Shown: positions 38,810 through 48,883 of the stretch, in pieces
Numbering within the stretch: position 1 is the first letter of the stretch
Layout: every line of letters starts with the position of its first letter
Virus record (IMG/VR): IMGVR_UViG_3300009414_000001
Coordinates: 25,821 to 89,820 of that record
From: a virus
Reading direction: 5' to 3' (one strand)
Length of the DNA: 64,000 nt
Notes under the pieces: model-generated
Database searches by the model: none
What the model was told of the DNA's origin: nothing
Seen by the model: the letters and a program-made list of their open reading frames with translations, nothing else
Made by a program: the position numbers and the translations under genes

Positions 38810-39610
38810 TTAATCATGAACCTTTACGCGCTGTATTTTTGTTTGATGTTCCCCTTCATAAGTCTCATGCAACTTGATACCAAAGCTTATTACTAACTCA
38901 TCACCTTTACGGCAATCAATGCAAGCTGAACCCATGTACATCAACAATTCACCAGACTCAGTGAGAAATTTTTCAATATAGGTGTAACCGTAAAAACCAT
39001 CAAAACCATAACTCGCTACATTAGTTACTTTTATTTTCTTTTGGCGAACACCAATCTTGCCAAAGTACTTACCGTTACCTGAGTCGCTTAAAAAAGTTAT
39101 TCTGGCTATTTCAGGGTAAAGGCTTTCAAGTACCTTACCCATAAACTGAACTGTCGCATTAGCACTTTCTTGCCTGCCGTAATTCATCCAGTAACCAGCC
39201 CAGTCATCCCCTTTATCGCTAATCATCCACTCAAAGGTGCGACCTTCATTTCGACCAAAAGGAAAGCAATGATCTTTAACTAGCTGCAACTCATGATCTA
39301 ATTTCATTTTTTGCGTAGTCAAAAAACGCTCTTCTGCTGCTTCTCGCGCCGCCTGCACAGTCTCACTGTCTCTTCGAATAATTTCCTCAAGTGTAAACTT
39401 AGGTTTTTGCACCTTAAAGCCTAACTCGCCAGCTCGCTTAATCGCTTGTTCGCTGTTATTTGATAGGTTTTGAATGTGCCAATCACGCATAACAACAGCG
39501 CTCTCAGCCACGCCGCCCTCACCCAAGAAAGATACTTTTTCTTCGAATTGATGACGTAACGTGTACATTTTGGTTTGGTCGCCTGTAGAAATATAGTGCC
39601 TTGAGTACAT
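38810..39610 (-). CDS. hypothetical protein with C-terminal OB-fold-like region
   Basis: Start MYSRHY with AAGGA; C-terminal K.H.TYEGEHQT.IQRVK; promoter TTGCAA-N17-TATATT. Confidence 0.65.
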   Translation of the reverse strand: MYSRHYISTGDQTKMYTLRHQFEEKVSFLGEGGVAESAVVMRDWHIQNLSNNSEQAIKRAGELGFKVQKPKFTLEEIIRRDSETVQAAREAAEERFLTTQKMKLDHELQLVKDHCFPFGRNEGRTFEWMISDKGDDWAGYWMNYGRQESANATVQFMGKVLESLYPEIARITFLSDSGNGKYFGKIGVRQKKIKVTNVASYGFDGFYGYTYIEKFLTESGELLMYMGSACIDCRKGDELVISFGIKLHETYEGEHQTKIQRVKVHD

Positions 39611-39811
39611 TGTAATATCCTTAAAGAATGCGTAGAGAAACGACTGGCTTAAGCACAATATATACAAGTACATTTTTACTTGCAAGTTATTTGTGTGTCA
39701 ATCGTGTTTTATTTGTCATTGTGTTGTGTTTCGACGCCTGTTGAGTTATCCACAAAATCAGTGGACAGTTGATGTATAATTATTGTTATTACCAATAAAG
39801 AGGCGTTACCT

Positions 39812-40351
39812 ATGCGCGCAATTGCTGCCGTTACTCTATTACTATTAAGTAGCGCCACCATAAGTAAAGACTACGACAGAAACCTATACGGGCGCTGGAT
39901 AGACTTCGATAAAGATTGCCAGAATACAAGGCAAGAGGTTTTGATTGCTGAGTCGTTAGCACCTGTAACGCTAGACACCAAAAAGTGCAAAGTACTTACT
40001 GGACTTTGGTACGATCCATTCACAGGAAAAGAATTCACCTCACCTACAAAACTAGATATAGATCACTTCGTACCACTAAAGGAGGTTCATTTGTCTGGTG
40101 GTGGCAATTGGTCATCAGATAAGCGAAAGGAATACGCTAACGATATAGACTACCCTTACACACTAATTGCTGTGAGCCTTAGCGCGAACCGAAGCAAAGG
40201 AGCGAGAGATCCTGCTAACTGGATGCCGCCAAACAAGTCATTTCATTGTGATTACATAAGGACTTGGGTAGCAATAAAAGCAAGATGGGATTTATCTATA
40301 GACAAGAAAGAGCAAGCCAAAATAGACGAAGTATTAAACACCTGTAATTAA
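39812..40351 (+). CDS. secreted HNH (DUF1524) nuclease
   Basis: Signal peptide; DIDHFVPL, ANRSKG.RDP..W.P. Confidence 0.85.
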   Translation: MRAIAAVTLLLLSSATISKDYDRNLYGRWIDFDKDCQNTRQEVLIAESLAPVTLDTKKCKVLTGLWYDPFTGKEFTSPTKLDIDHFVPLKEVHLSGGGNWSSDKRKEYANDIDYPYTLIAVSLSANRSKGARDPANWMPPNKSFHCDYIRTWVAIKARWDLSIDKKEQAKIDEVLNTCN

Positions 40352-40423
40352 TAAAAAACCCCATACAATAACGACCAGCTGCGTTAAAACATGAGGCTTT
40401 CAGTCTTACACGTTAGTTAAAGC

Positions 40424-41212
40424 CTACTCGAAAAGTGTAGCCCACTCCATATCAGGCAAATGGTAGCCTTTGAATTCAACTTTAGCCATTGCCACTAATC
40501 TTGACTCATTTCTACGTGCTTCTTTTTCCCAAGGTAGCGCTTGATAAGCTTTAAAATCAAAGTCCTTAGCCCCTATCACGGCTGATGAATCAATCGTAAG
40601 CTCAGATCCGCGCCATTCAACGGTTGATGGTGTCTTAAATACCAACTCACCTTTGGCTACTTGCGCTATATGCGTTAGCTCATGTGCCAAGCCTATAAGC
40701 ATCATATCGAATGAAACATTATCCGATAATTGCAAGTTAAACTTCTTCTTCTCGCCTACCTGAAAAACGGTATTACCATAATGGCCTCTAGGTAGTTTTT
40801 CAAAACTAAGCTTAATGGCAACTGCACTAGAGCTACCCATAAGTTCATCTAAGAAAAACTCCATCACCCTAGTCAGTATTGGAATGAAACTTTTCTGTTT
40901 TTTTTTACCCTTTCCAATGGTAATGATATTACTCTCATTCAAGTTAGCACCGATATACTCAACAGTAGCACGTTTTAATTTGGATAAGGATAAATCTAAG
41001 CCATTTACAGCGGCTTTAAACTTATCAGGGGATAGTTTGTTTAAATCGCCCTGATTTCCTAGCCTACCCATGCCCAGCGAAGCCCTAACAGACTTAATTG
41101 TTTTTTGTATTGAGCGTTTGTCAGAAAACGTCAAGCCGCCAGCCTTGAGAGCTTTTTGGCTCTCGACTAGCTGTTTTTGAAGTTTTCGTTTTTCACTAAA
41201 ACTTAAATTCAT
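40424..41212 (-). CDS. DdrA-like N-terminus fused to HExxH metallopeptidase domain
   Basis: Follows darA; LAHELTH...PWEKEA. Confidence 0.65.
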   Translation of the reverse strand: MNLSFSEKRKLQKQLVESQKALKAGGLTFSDKRSIQKTIKSVRASLGMGRLGNQGDLNKLSPDKFKAAVNGLDLSLSKLKRATVEYIGANLNESNIITIGKGKKKQKSFIPILTRVMEFFLDELMGSSSAVAIKLSFEKLPRGHYGNTVFQVGEKKKFNLQLSDNVSFDMMLIGLAHELTHIAQVAKGELVFKTPSTVEWRGSELTIDSSAVIGAKDFDFKAYQALPWEKEARRNESRLVAMAKVEFKGYHLPDMEWATLFE

Positions 41213-41214
41213 GC

Positions 41215-44200
41215 TTATTCTGCCTCAAGCTCAAGCAACTCAGACAATAGATCAGCTGCTTCATTAAGTTTCGGCTCTAATGACTCCATTAAGCCAGCAT
41301 CTTCAATATCACTAGCCAAAGTATCAAGCACCTGATCAAAGCTATCACTATCAGCTGGCGGATTATCTATTAATGCCTGAGCACGATTAGTTAATACAGA
41401 AGCTTGCTCAGAGTCGCCACCAGCAATAGCAGTGTCATTGCTAGGTTGCTGCTCTAAGCTCTCAGCTACAACGCTCAACTCTTCCCATGTGGTGTTTTCA
41501 AGTACATCTTCAAGCACCAAGTAATCAGGATGATCGTCTTCTTCATCGAACTCAGGGAAGTGGCGTAATATTTTACCTAAAGCATTTTTAATATTATTAC
41601 TTGACTGAGATTCAATATAATCAACAATAGTTAAGCCATCACTTTCAGCATCGGCCTTCATATTATCTATAACACGCTCAATTATCTCTTCTCGATTAAC
41701 GCCAGCCTCTTCGCGCTGCTCTGACTTAGACTCGAAGTTAAGCTCTACAAGTTCAAATGACTTAATATCAGCGCCACTTAATTTTTCAGCGTAACCAACG
41801 GCACCATGACGAATAGAGCGCTTATCTTGAACAGCATCAAATATCAATCTGGCCTCTTCATTGTCTAACATAATTGTAGTGTTAGCTTTAGGAATAGCGC
41901 CTAGCGATGGTGGGCGCATCATAAAGCCGTACCAATAGTTAGCGCCACCCATTTGCTCGGCTAAATCGAATTTCTTGTCTAATGCGCTTTTAGGGGCTTC
42001 TTCTTGCACTGGCACCTCTTCTGCTTCTGGCTCATCAAAAGAGCGTAGTTTCCATACACCATTACGAGTAGTAATGGCTGGCTTGTTCATGCGCTCGCTT
42101 TGGAATGCTTCAATATAATCTAATGCAGCATCAACAACAGTTTGATTGCCTTGTCTGTGTTGAGTTTTGATTTTACCCGTAATCGAATTGACGAATAAAG
42201 AACGTTCATACCCTTGCGCGGTGCCATCATCAATACCTTTGATAGTGCTTAAGCTGCTAGCCATATCTCTAACCAAGCCACGGTTTAATTGCTCAAGCTT
42301 TCTATAGGCATCATTAGTCGGGCTTGCTTCTGGCTTAGCTGGCGTTGCCGCCTCTTCTGGCGAAGCCCAAAGCGAGAAAGCTTCCATACGCTCGCGTCTT
42401 GTGTCGGGATCTTCACTGTATAATTCAAAGAATGCGTTATTTCCGAATTGCCCTGCACGATTACCATTAATAAACATAGCTGCTTTAGCATTACCACCCA
42501 TTATTTGCATGGTCGCTTTTTTGTCATTCTTGGCTAGGTCAACCATAAGAACATCATAGCCGCCATCTTCGAGATCTTTACCAATGTGAGCATTAACATC
42601 TATATCAAATTCTTTCGCCAGCTTGAGAACATCATCATAAGCCGCTTGAGCGTTATATTCACCTTCGCCACCACCATCGAGATATTCTTCAATGGTTTGT
42701 GGGGTAGGCTCTCTATCCTGCAAGTCTTTTAGGTTTACATCTAAAGGAATAAAGCCACCGTTTTGCAACTCATTTAATGCAGTATCTAAGAATAGAGATT
42801 GAGCAGCATAACCAACAAATAAAGAACGTTCTTTATCCACCGTATTGAAAGGAATATCACTTACTGACTTACTGTAGTCGTAAAGCTGGCGCTTAAAATC
42901 ATCAGATAACTTTAATCGGCTCGCTGGGATTGACTCTGTTAGTTCATCAAGCATAGAGTTAATTAACGGCTCTAAATCACCCTCAAGGTCTGCTATAGCT
43001 TTAGCGCTAACCTTTTCATCAATCAAATCATCAGCAACCGACTTAGCAAAATCATTTAGCTTGCTGGCTATTTCTTCGGTAGTCAGCGTTAAGTCATCTT
43101 TCACACCACCAAAATTTTCATAGGTAGCATTAGTTTCACGGCTAGCTAAATCATAAGCAACAGCTGATACATTAGCGCCAGCACCAATATTGCGAAGCTC
43201 TTTAGTTAGGACTGTATCGCCTTTAATGTAATCATCACCAGACTTATTCCAGCCGCTATCACGTAGATGATTAACCACTTCATACAATCGTCTAGTAAAA
43301 AGAGAGTCCAGCGTATCTTGCAATGCCAGCTCTAATTCTTCATTCGCCTGAATTATCTTATAATCTTCCGCACTGATAGTGCCTTTATCGGTAATTTCCT
43401 TAGCTTGCTCGCTTACACTCAACTCGCTGGCTGGCGCTTCTTCCGCTGGGATATCTTCACCACCATCAGGTTCAGGATCAATACCATCATCATTAAGACC
43501 TTTTACGACAATACCGTAATCAGGCGTTAAGCTATCAGCATTAGTAACCCAAGTCATATAGCCGCCTTGGGTTATTTCTGCTTGCTGTGCATCGAGATCA
43601 ACCATAGTTATCTCAAAGTCTACGCCGCCTTGATAGAAAACATCACCTTCAACTTTAACGCCTTTCTTTGACTCTTTTTCTTGAGCTAGATGAAGATCAT
43701 TAGCAGCCTGACCTTTTTCGTTTAACTTGCGTAATTTCTTAACGCTTGTTCCTGTTATTTTTTGGCTGTCAATTTTAGCATCGCGTTCATTTTCAAGCGT
43801 TAATAAAACAGTGTCCATAGTCTTGGTCGGCTTACGAACAACAGCGCCAACCTTGCGCCCTAGGTGGCTATAAACAACATCGCCTTTTTTCATGCTGTCC
43901 CATAAGTCAATTTGACCTTGTGAGGTAGTAACATCATCAAAGCGCACACCTTCTTTAATATTTGCTGCTTCTTCTGGTGTTATGCCTGCTCTATAAGCAT
44001 TACTGGCTCTTTTAGAAAAATCCGCAGCAGCTTCTTTATTCGTTTTTATATGAGCTTTCAGCTGAACATCTATGCGCTTAAACTCTTTGTCAGCAGCTTT
44101 AAATTCAGGATCATCTTTACCTTCATCACTAATAAGGTCGCTACCTTGCTTGTATTTCTTGGCTATATCATTAACCTTTTTACTGGCTGTTTCGGACTCA

Positions 44201-46326
44201 GCACCAAGAGTCGCAAGTTTTTTCTCAAAATCAGTTTTAGCCATCGCCAATCTAATTTGAGTTGGTTTTCTAAGGTCATCATTACTTGCTGTCATCTCTT
44301 CTGAAAACTTATAAAATTTTGATGATAGATCTTTAAAGATTACCTCATAGTCAGCCCCAAAACGACCCATTGTACTGCTTATTTTTTTGATGTTTTTATC
44401 TTTTCTAACTTCATTCCATTCATCACCAGTAACAAGGGTAACTTCTGGCATTTCTTCTGCAACCGCTGACTCTTCTGTGACACCAGAAATAGGGCGGTAT
44501 GGTTTAACAGTCTCACCTTTTATCCACTTTTTCAAATCTTCCATAGCAATCTCGGTAATATTACCTAAACCTTGCCAATCTTTATCGTAGTTAACCAAGT
44601 AGCCTTTCTTAGCTTTTTCTTTACTGTCAAAACCAAGCATGATCTTATGTTCATCAAAAGAGCCGTCTTGATTTGTTTGGTCGACAATATAAGCGTTTTC
44701 AGCTTCATGGTTTTCACCGACAAATATATCCAGTTTATCGCCATCAGCACCTTTAGTGCCTACAATGTCACCGTAATGGCTTTTCATTGTGGTAGACCAT
44801 TTTTCGCCATCAGCACCAACACCAGAGCGAGTTGAGCCTTTAGGGTTTTCAATGACAACATCTAACCCTTGAAACTTAGCTTTACCTTTTTTGTAGTTGC
44901 CAGCTAGCTTCTGTGCTTCGGTAGGTTCGGTCAAATCATTTTCAGTGCTAGTAGCTGCATCATTGGCCTTGGCTTCAAAATCGGCTTTAACACTAGGGTA
45001 TTTATCTGATTTATAACCACCCTCGATCGCATCATAAGCCGCCAAAAACTCTTTAGCGTCTACTTGGTCGCTTTTAACGATAGTGCTCGTTATAGTATCA
45101 GTAACGTACTTATCCCAAGCTTGCTGCCTGCTTAAGCCAGAAAAACGATAATGACTAGCTAAGTCTTTGTAGTTAATAAAAGGCGCTTCTAGCGACTTTT
45201 CAACGCTCTTTTCTGGCTCTTTTTTGGCTGGCTTATCGCCTACTTCATTGTCTACCAACTTGTCTATAGAGGTTATATCTCTCGACTTAACTCTAAGTGA
45301 GGCAGCAGCCATATCGTCAACATTGACGTTTAACAACTTACCACCGTTAACGATATCAATAACCTTACCTGTGAAGCTTTCACCGCCCCTCGTTGTAAAA
45401 GATATCTGACTGCCAGAATAGCGACCCTCACTATCATCGTTAGTTACGTCAAAAGGATTTTCAGGGTTTAGTTTGCTTTCTGGCTCTTTTTTGGCTGGCG
45501 TAGCTAGCTTAATTTCAGCGTTAAGGCTTGTTATAGTGCCTTCTTGCTTAGCTGCCATACCTTTGCGAGTTTTAAGTTTTTCGGTCAAATCGGCTTTTTG
45601 AGTTTCCAGCCCTGTCGCTTCTTCTGCAAGCTTAGCGCCTTCAACTTTCAACTCTTCAAGCTCAAGCTCTAGCTTTTCCGCTTCTAGCTTCTTTTCAGCT
45701 TGCGCAGTTTTACGTGCAACAAAAGCCCCTGAGTTCTTTTCCGCTAAATTAGATAGCACCATGGTCGCTTGACCAATAGAAATATCCATACCACCCGAAG
45801 GAGCGACAACATTAGTCACATCTTTAGTGTTAAGCCTAAACATAAAGGCGAATAACGTATCATCTTGGTTAAACTTCGCTGGATCTTCATCAGGCGCATG
45901 AAAAAGCATACTGATAGCTTGACCGTCACTAAGCTTTATTTGTGTTACTAGCGTTGCAAAGCCGCCAGCTACGCGAGGTTTACCGATAGTAATACCGTCA
46001 GTTTCTAAACCTGTACCTGTTAAAGAGGTATTTAATTTTTTAGCGAATGCTTTTACTGTGCGCTCTAAACGGGCAGGCGAGAACTTAGTGGAGATAGCCG
46101 CCAGCATAAGGCCGCTTTCTTCCTGTTCTGCATTATGGCCTTCCACCGTCTGACAGCCTGCGAGCATTATATTTTCAGCGTCATCAAATGACATAGGCTC
46201 ATGTAGCAAATGATTATCTTTACCAATAGCGAGCTTCGCATAAACGCTATCGCATGGCGCTAAAGCAGGAGAGTCTTTATCGATAATAGCTATAGCTGAT
46301 TGTTTACTGAATTTTATATCTGACAT
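41215..46326 (-). CDS. darA: DarA-related polyvalent protein (DarA N-domain, pyrophosphatase-like domain, DarA C-domain)
   Basis: LSDGQAISMLFHAP; PTEAQK.AGNYKKG..GADGD.LDIFVG..FDEHKIMLGF; YG...RP.SLGAIPK..RHG.V.Y. Confidence 0.82.
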   Translation of the reverse strand: MSDIKFSKQSAIAIIDKDSPALAPCDSVYAKLAIGKDNHLLHEPMSFDDAENIMLAGCQTVEGHNAEQEESGLMLAAISTKFSPARLERTVKAFAKKLNTSLTGTGLETDGITIGKPRVAGGFATLVTQIKLSDGQAISMLFHAPDEDPAKFNQDDTLFAFMFRLNTKDVTNVVAPSGGMDISIGQATMVLSNLAEKNSGAFVARKTAQAEKKLEAEKLELELEELKVEGAKLAEEATGLETQKADLTEKLKTRKGMAAKQEGTITSLNAEIKLATPAKKEPESKLNPENPFDVTNDDSEGRYSGSQISFTTRGGESFTGKVIDIVNGGKLLNVNVDDMAAASLRVKSRDITSIDKLVDNEVGDKPAKKEPEKSVEKSLEAPFINYKDLASHYRFSGLSRQQAWDKYVTDTITSTIVKSDQVDAKEFLAAYDAIEGGYKSDKYPSVKADFEAKANDAATSTENDLTEPTEAQKLAGNYKKGKAKFQGLDVVIENPKGSTRSGVGADGEKWSTTMKSHYGDIVGTKGADGDKLDIFVGENHEAENAYIVDQTNQDGSFDEHKIMLGFDSKEKAKKGYLVNYDKDWQGLGNITEIAMEDLKKWIKGETVKPYRPISGVTEESAVAEEMPEVTLVTGDEWNEVRKDKNIKKISSTMGRFGADYEVIFKDLSSKFYKFSEEMTASNDDLRKPTQIRLAMAKTDFEKKLATLGAESETASKKVNDIAKKYKQGSDLISDEGKDDPEFKAADKEFKRIDVQLKAHIKTNKEAAADFSKRASNAYRAGITPEEAANIKEGVRFDDVTTSQGQIDLWDSMKKGDVVYSHLGRKVGAVVRKPTKTMDTVLLTLENERDAKIDSQKITGTSVKKLRKLNEKGQAANDLHLAQEKESKKGVKVEGDVFYQGGVDFEITMVDLDAQQAEITQGGYMTWVTNADSLTPDYGIVVKGLNDDGIDPEPDGGEDIPAEEAPASELSVSEQAKEITDKGTISAEDYKIIQANEELELALQDTLDSLFTRRLYEVVNHLRDSGWNKSGDDYIKGDTVLTKELRNIGAGANVSAVAYDLASRETNATYENFGGVKDDLTLTTEEIASKLNDFAKSVADDLIDEKVSAKAIADLEGDLEPLINSMLDELTESIPASRLKLSDDFKRQLYDYSKSVSDIPFNTVDKERSLFVGYAAQSLFLDTALNELQNGGFIPLDVNLKDLQDREPTPQTIEEYLDGGGEGEYNAQAAYDDVLKLAKEFDIDVNAHIGKDLEDGGYDVLMVDLAKNDKKATMQIMGGNAKAAMFINGNRAGQFGNNAFFELYSEDPDTRRERMEAFSLWASPEEAATPAKPEASPTNDAYRKLEQLNRGLVRDMASSLSTIKGIDDGTAQGYERSLFVNSITGKIKTQHRQGNQTVVDAALDYIEAFQSERMNKPAITTRNGVWKLRSFDEPEAEEVPVQEEAPKSALDKKFDLAEQMGGANYWYGFMMRPPSLGAIPKANTTIMLDNEEARLIFDAVQDKRSIRHGAVGYAEKLSGADIKSFELVELNFESKSEQREEAGVNREEIIERVIDNMKADAESDGLTIVDYIESQSSNNIKNALGKILRHFPEFDEEDDHPDYLVLEDVLENTTWEELSVVAESLEQQPSNDTAIAGGDSEQASVLTNRAQALIDNPPADSDSFDQVLDTLASDIEDAGLMESLEPKLNEAADLLSELLELEAE

Positions 46327-46327
46327 T

Positions 46328-46960
46328 TTAAGCGGCTACCTTATTGGTTAATTCTTCGCGTTGCTTTTTTAGCTGTGTGATAGTTTCACGGTTAACTGTT
46401 GCTTTAGTTGTTTCAGCTTCGATATCAGCCTCCAATTGACTGACGTCATCTTGCAGCGTTGAGACTAGCTTGCGTAAACCTTCTACGCGCTCTTTTAGTT
46501 GAGTTAGCAAGTCTTTTGCTTTCTCTACACGTTCGCCAGCTGTAGACGATAAACCGCTTTGTGTTTGCTTGGCTTCTTTACGGGTAGCTGCTGTTATTTT
46601 CTTTAATAGGCTTTTATCAAACGCCGACTGATTCTTTTTGACAAAGTTTGAAATGTCTTTAATCAAATAAGCTATTTTTTTATGTTCTTTGAATGGTGAT
46701 ACTTTGTTATTAAGCGCCACTTGATAAATGTCACCCGTATCATTGATGCGCAGTTCAACCACTTGACCGCCAGCGAGCACGAATACCGCTTTCTTGGTTT
46801 GCATGCCATTACGATTAATCTTGCGATTGTTCGCAGCCAAGTCGAGCACCTCTAGGCCGTTTCGCTTAAAAGCTTGAGAGACTTTCTTTAACCCGTTAGG
46901 GTGAATATCAGAAAAGTTAAGTACTTCACTCGCACCCACTTTTTTTATGCCGTTTTGCAT
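46328..46960 (-). CDS. hdf: Hdf homologue
   Basis: GQVVELRI..TGDIYQVALN.K..P plus C-terminal coiled coil; between lydB and darA. Confidence 0.72.
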   Translation of the reverse strand: MQNGIKKVGASEVLNFSDIHPNGLKKVSQAFKRNGLEVLDLAANNRKINRNGMQTKKAVFVLAGGQVVELRINDTGDIYQVALNNKVSPFKEHKKIAYLIKDISNFVKKNQSAFDKSLLKKITAATRKEAKQTQSGLSSTAGERVEKAKDLLTQLKERVEGLRKLVSTLQDDVSQLEADIEAETTKATVNRETITQLKKQREELTNKVAA

Positions 46961-46964
46961 GGGA

Positions 46965-47468
46965 CTACCTTCTTGGCTGTTTGATTGAAATATCACCACG
47001 CAAACGCGCAATAATAGGGAATATTTTATAGAAAGGGTTTACATAACAGCCAATAGTGATCACTTCTAAATGCAGTTCCCATTCTTCATCACCTGATTGC
47101 AAAAATGGCTTGATGGGAAAGTGTAAGTATTCTTGACATTGGCTTGAGCGCCTATTGATAAATCCGACTCGCCTTTCAGCGCCTTGAGGCATAAAAGCTA
47201 ACGATCTAGGCTCTAACTCTATAACCGTGGTCGGCGCAGCCTTATCAACCAAACGCCCCCTTATTTTACTGTAGGGAAGCAACGGCGCATTGGACTGGTA
47301 TTCAAAAACAATCGATACACTATCGCCCTTTTTTGTCGGAATATTTGCCAAACGATGACTAATCAGTTTGATATGCCCCCGTTTTAAAATAAAACGCTCT
47401 AACAAGAAAAGTAAAACTGCGATTACAATGCCTGTAATTAAAATTGAAGTATCATTTATTAATGTCAT
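46965..47468 (-). CDS. lydB: antiholin LydB-like
   Basis: N-terminal TM; EYL, W.L..., NPFYKIFP; synteny. Confidence 0.65.
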   Translation of the reverse strand: MTLINDTSILITGIVIAVLLFLLERFILKRGHIKLISHRLANIPTKKGDSVSIVFEYQSNAPLLPYSKIRGRLVDKAAPTTVIELEPRSLAFMPQGAERRVGFINRRSSQCQEYLHFPIKPFLQSGDEEWELHLEVITIGCYVNPFYKIFPIIARLRGDISIKQPRR

Positions 47469-47469
47469 G

Positions 47470-47769
47470 TTAATTATTCCGACCAATGCCAAGCACTGAA
47501 TGTAGTTTTTGTTTAAAAGCCCGTAGTATTTCAGCGCCGTTAAGCCCTGCCACTAAAACACAAAAAAGAGTAAGCCAAATCCCTAAGTGCTCACTTACAC
47601 AAAGAAACCAAGCGCCGAAACCAGCCAGTACACTAAGCAAAAGATCTAATAGTAGATTTGCTTTGCTTCTAGCCTTCCCCAGCACTATAACCCCTTGCAA
47701 GTAAGTAGCTAAGCCACCAATAAACGACAGCAATAACACCGCTATCGCCTGAAAATGCAATTCACCCAC
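47470..47769 (-). CDS. lydA: holin LydA-like
   Basis: LSFIGGLATYL..., three TMs, NG.EIL; synteny. Confidence 0.75.
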   Translation of the reverse strand: MGELHFQAIAVLLLSFIGGLATYLQGVIVLGKARSKANLLLDLLLSVLAGFGAWFLCVSEHLGIWLTLFCVLVAGLNGAEILRAFKQKLHSVLGIGRNN

Positions 47770-47801
47770 TTACTCTTTCCTGTAATCATTTAGTAAGTAG
47801 G

Positions 47802-47846
47802 ATAATAAAACGATTTTATAATATTCCCTATCATTTGTTAGGGCGC
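47802..47846 (-). promoter_or_regulatory. late promoter plus C1-type operator (lyd/dar operon)
   Basis: GCGCCCTAACAAA..ATAGGGAATA-N14-TATTAT; near-identical copy at 53008-53052. Confidence 0.65.
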
Positions 47847-47858
47847 AATCAAAAAATA

Positions 47859-47886
47859 AAAAAGGCAGCTCGAAAGCTGCCTTTTT
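47859..47886. terminator. intrinsic terminator
   Basis: AAAAAGGCAGCT-cgaa-AGCTGCCTTTTT. Confidence 0.8.
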
Positions 47887-47902
47887 ATATTGCAATGTTA
47901 AT

Positions 47903-48262
47903 TTACATCTCAGACTTAACTGCTTTCACTTTAAAAGCGCCTTGAGGCATATTTGGATGACAAAACAACTGCCCATTTACAGGGTGCTTATCATCCCATA
48001 CGCGCATGGACACTGAATATGTTCGGTTATGGACTAACCCAGTAACATCGGTGAGATCAATCGTTACCTTGCCGTCTTCAAATACCAGCTTACCATTTTC
48101 ACTTGAAACGGTTTGATCGTGAATATAAAGCTCCATCTTTGTAGCGTTTCTCGTTGCAAACGGTAATAAGTCACCAGCTTTAAAAGTGTCAACAGCATTA
48201 ACAAAGGTAAAACGCCTCACAATAAGGTTTCCGCTCCCCAAATAAAATGACTCGACACTCAT
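47903..48262 (-). CDS. hypothetical virion-associated protein
   Basis: Last gene of late-promoter operon. Confidence 0.6.
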   Translation of the reverse strand: MSVESFYLGSGNLIVRRFTFVNAVDTFKAGDLLPFATRNATKMELYIHDQTVSSENGKLVFEDGKVTIDLTDVTGLVHNRTYSVSMRVWDDKHPVNGQLFCHPNMPQGAFKVKAVKSEM

Positions 48263-48265
48263 GCG

Positions 48266-48880
48266 CTATGCCTTAACTTTTAGTTTAGGTAAATAAATCG
48301 TTGTCGCTGATATATTTACTTGATCAGAGCTAGCAGCAGCAATCGCTTTATCAGTTGTTTCATTTACTGCATAAACAACTTCTGATCCGCTCACGTAGAC
48401 AGTCCATAAGTCATCGCGGATATCAAAGTCACTAGTTGCATCTGGCGGCGTAGCAAATGTTGCAGCATCAAAATTAAGCACATCACCCGAAACACTCGTA
48501 ATCTTACCTGTCTGGCCTGCACCCGTACCGCCTGTAATATGCACAACCTTGTCGGTATAATCAGGCCATGCGGCGCTGGTTTTTGTAATACTAGAGCCTG
48601 TGCCCGAAGTAGCCTGCCCCGTAAAATGCAATTCACTATCACTTGTTTTTGATAGCCCTGACTTTGGATTGATCACTAGCACTTCATCTTCGCCAATCGT
48701 AGTGACTGACATATCCACTTGATCTACTGTTATGTTAGCCATCGACTGTGCGCCGACAACTGATGCATACAAGTCGGCTTCTTTGAAATTTTTTACTAAA
48801 TGTACTGTTGTTATTGCGGTTTTTACTGAGTTTAAATAGGCCGTATATGCCGAATTAAAAACAAATGGTACTTGACTCAT
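48266..48880 (-). CDS. putative virion structural protein
   Basis: GQATSGT.SSI...V.ITGGTGAGQ..KITS motif, Thr/Ser-rich. Confidence 0.65.
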   Translation of the reverse strand: MSQVPFVFNSAYTAYLNSVKTAITTVHLVKNFKEADLYASVVGAQSMANITVDQVDMSVTTIGEDEVLVINPKSGLSKTSDSELHFTGQATSGTGSSITKTSAAWPDYTDKVVHITGGTGAGQTGKITSVSGDVLNFDAATFATPPDATSDFDIRDDLWTVYVSGSEVVYAVNETTDKAIAAASSDQVNISATTIYLPKLKVKA

Positions 48881-48883
48881 GGT

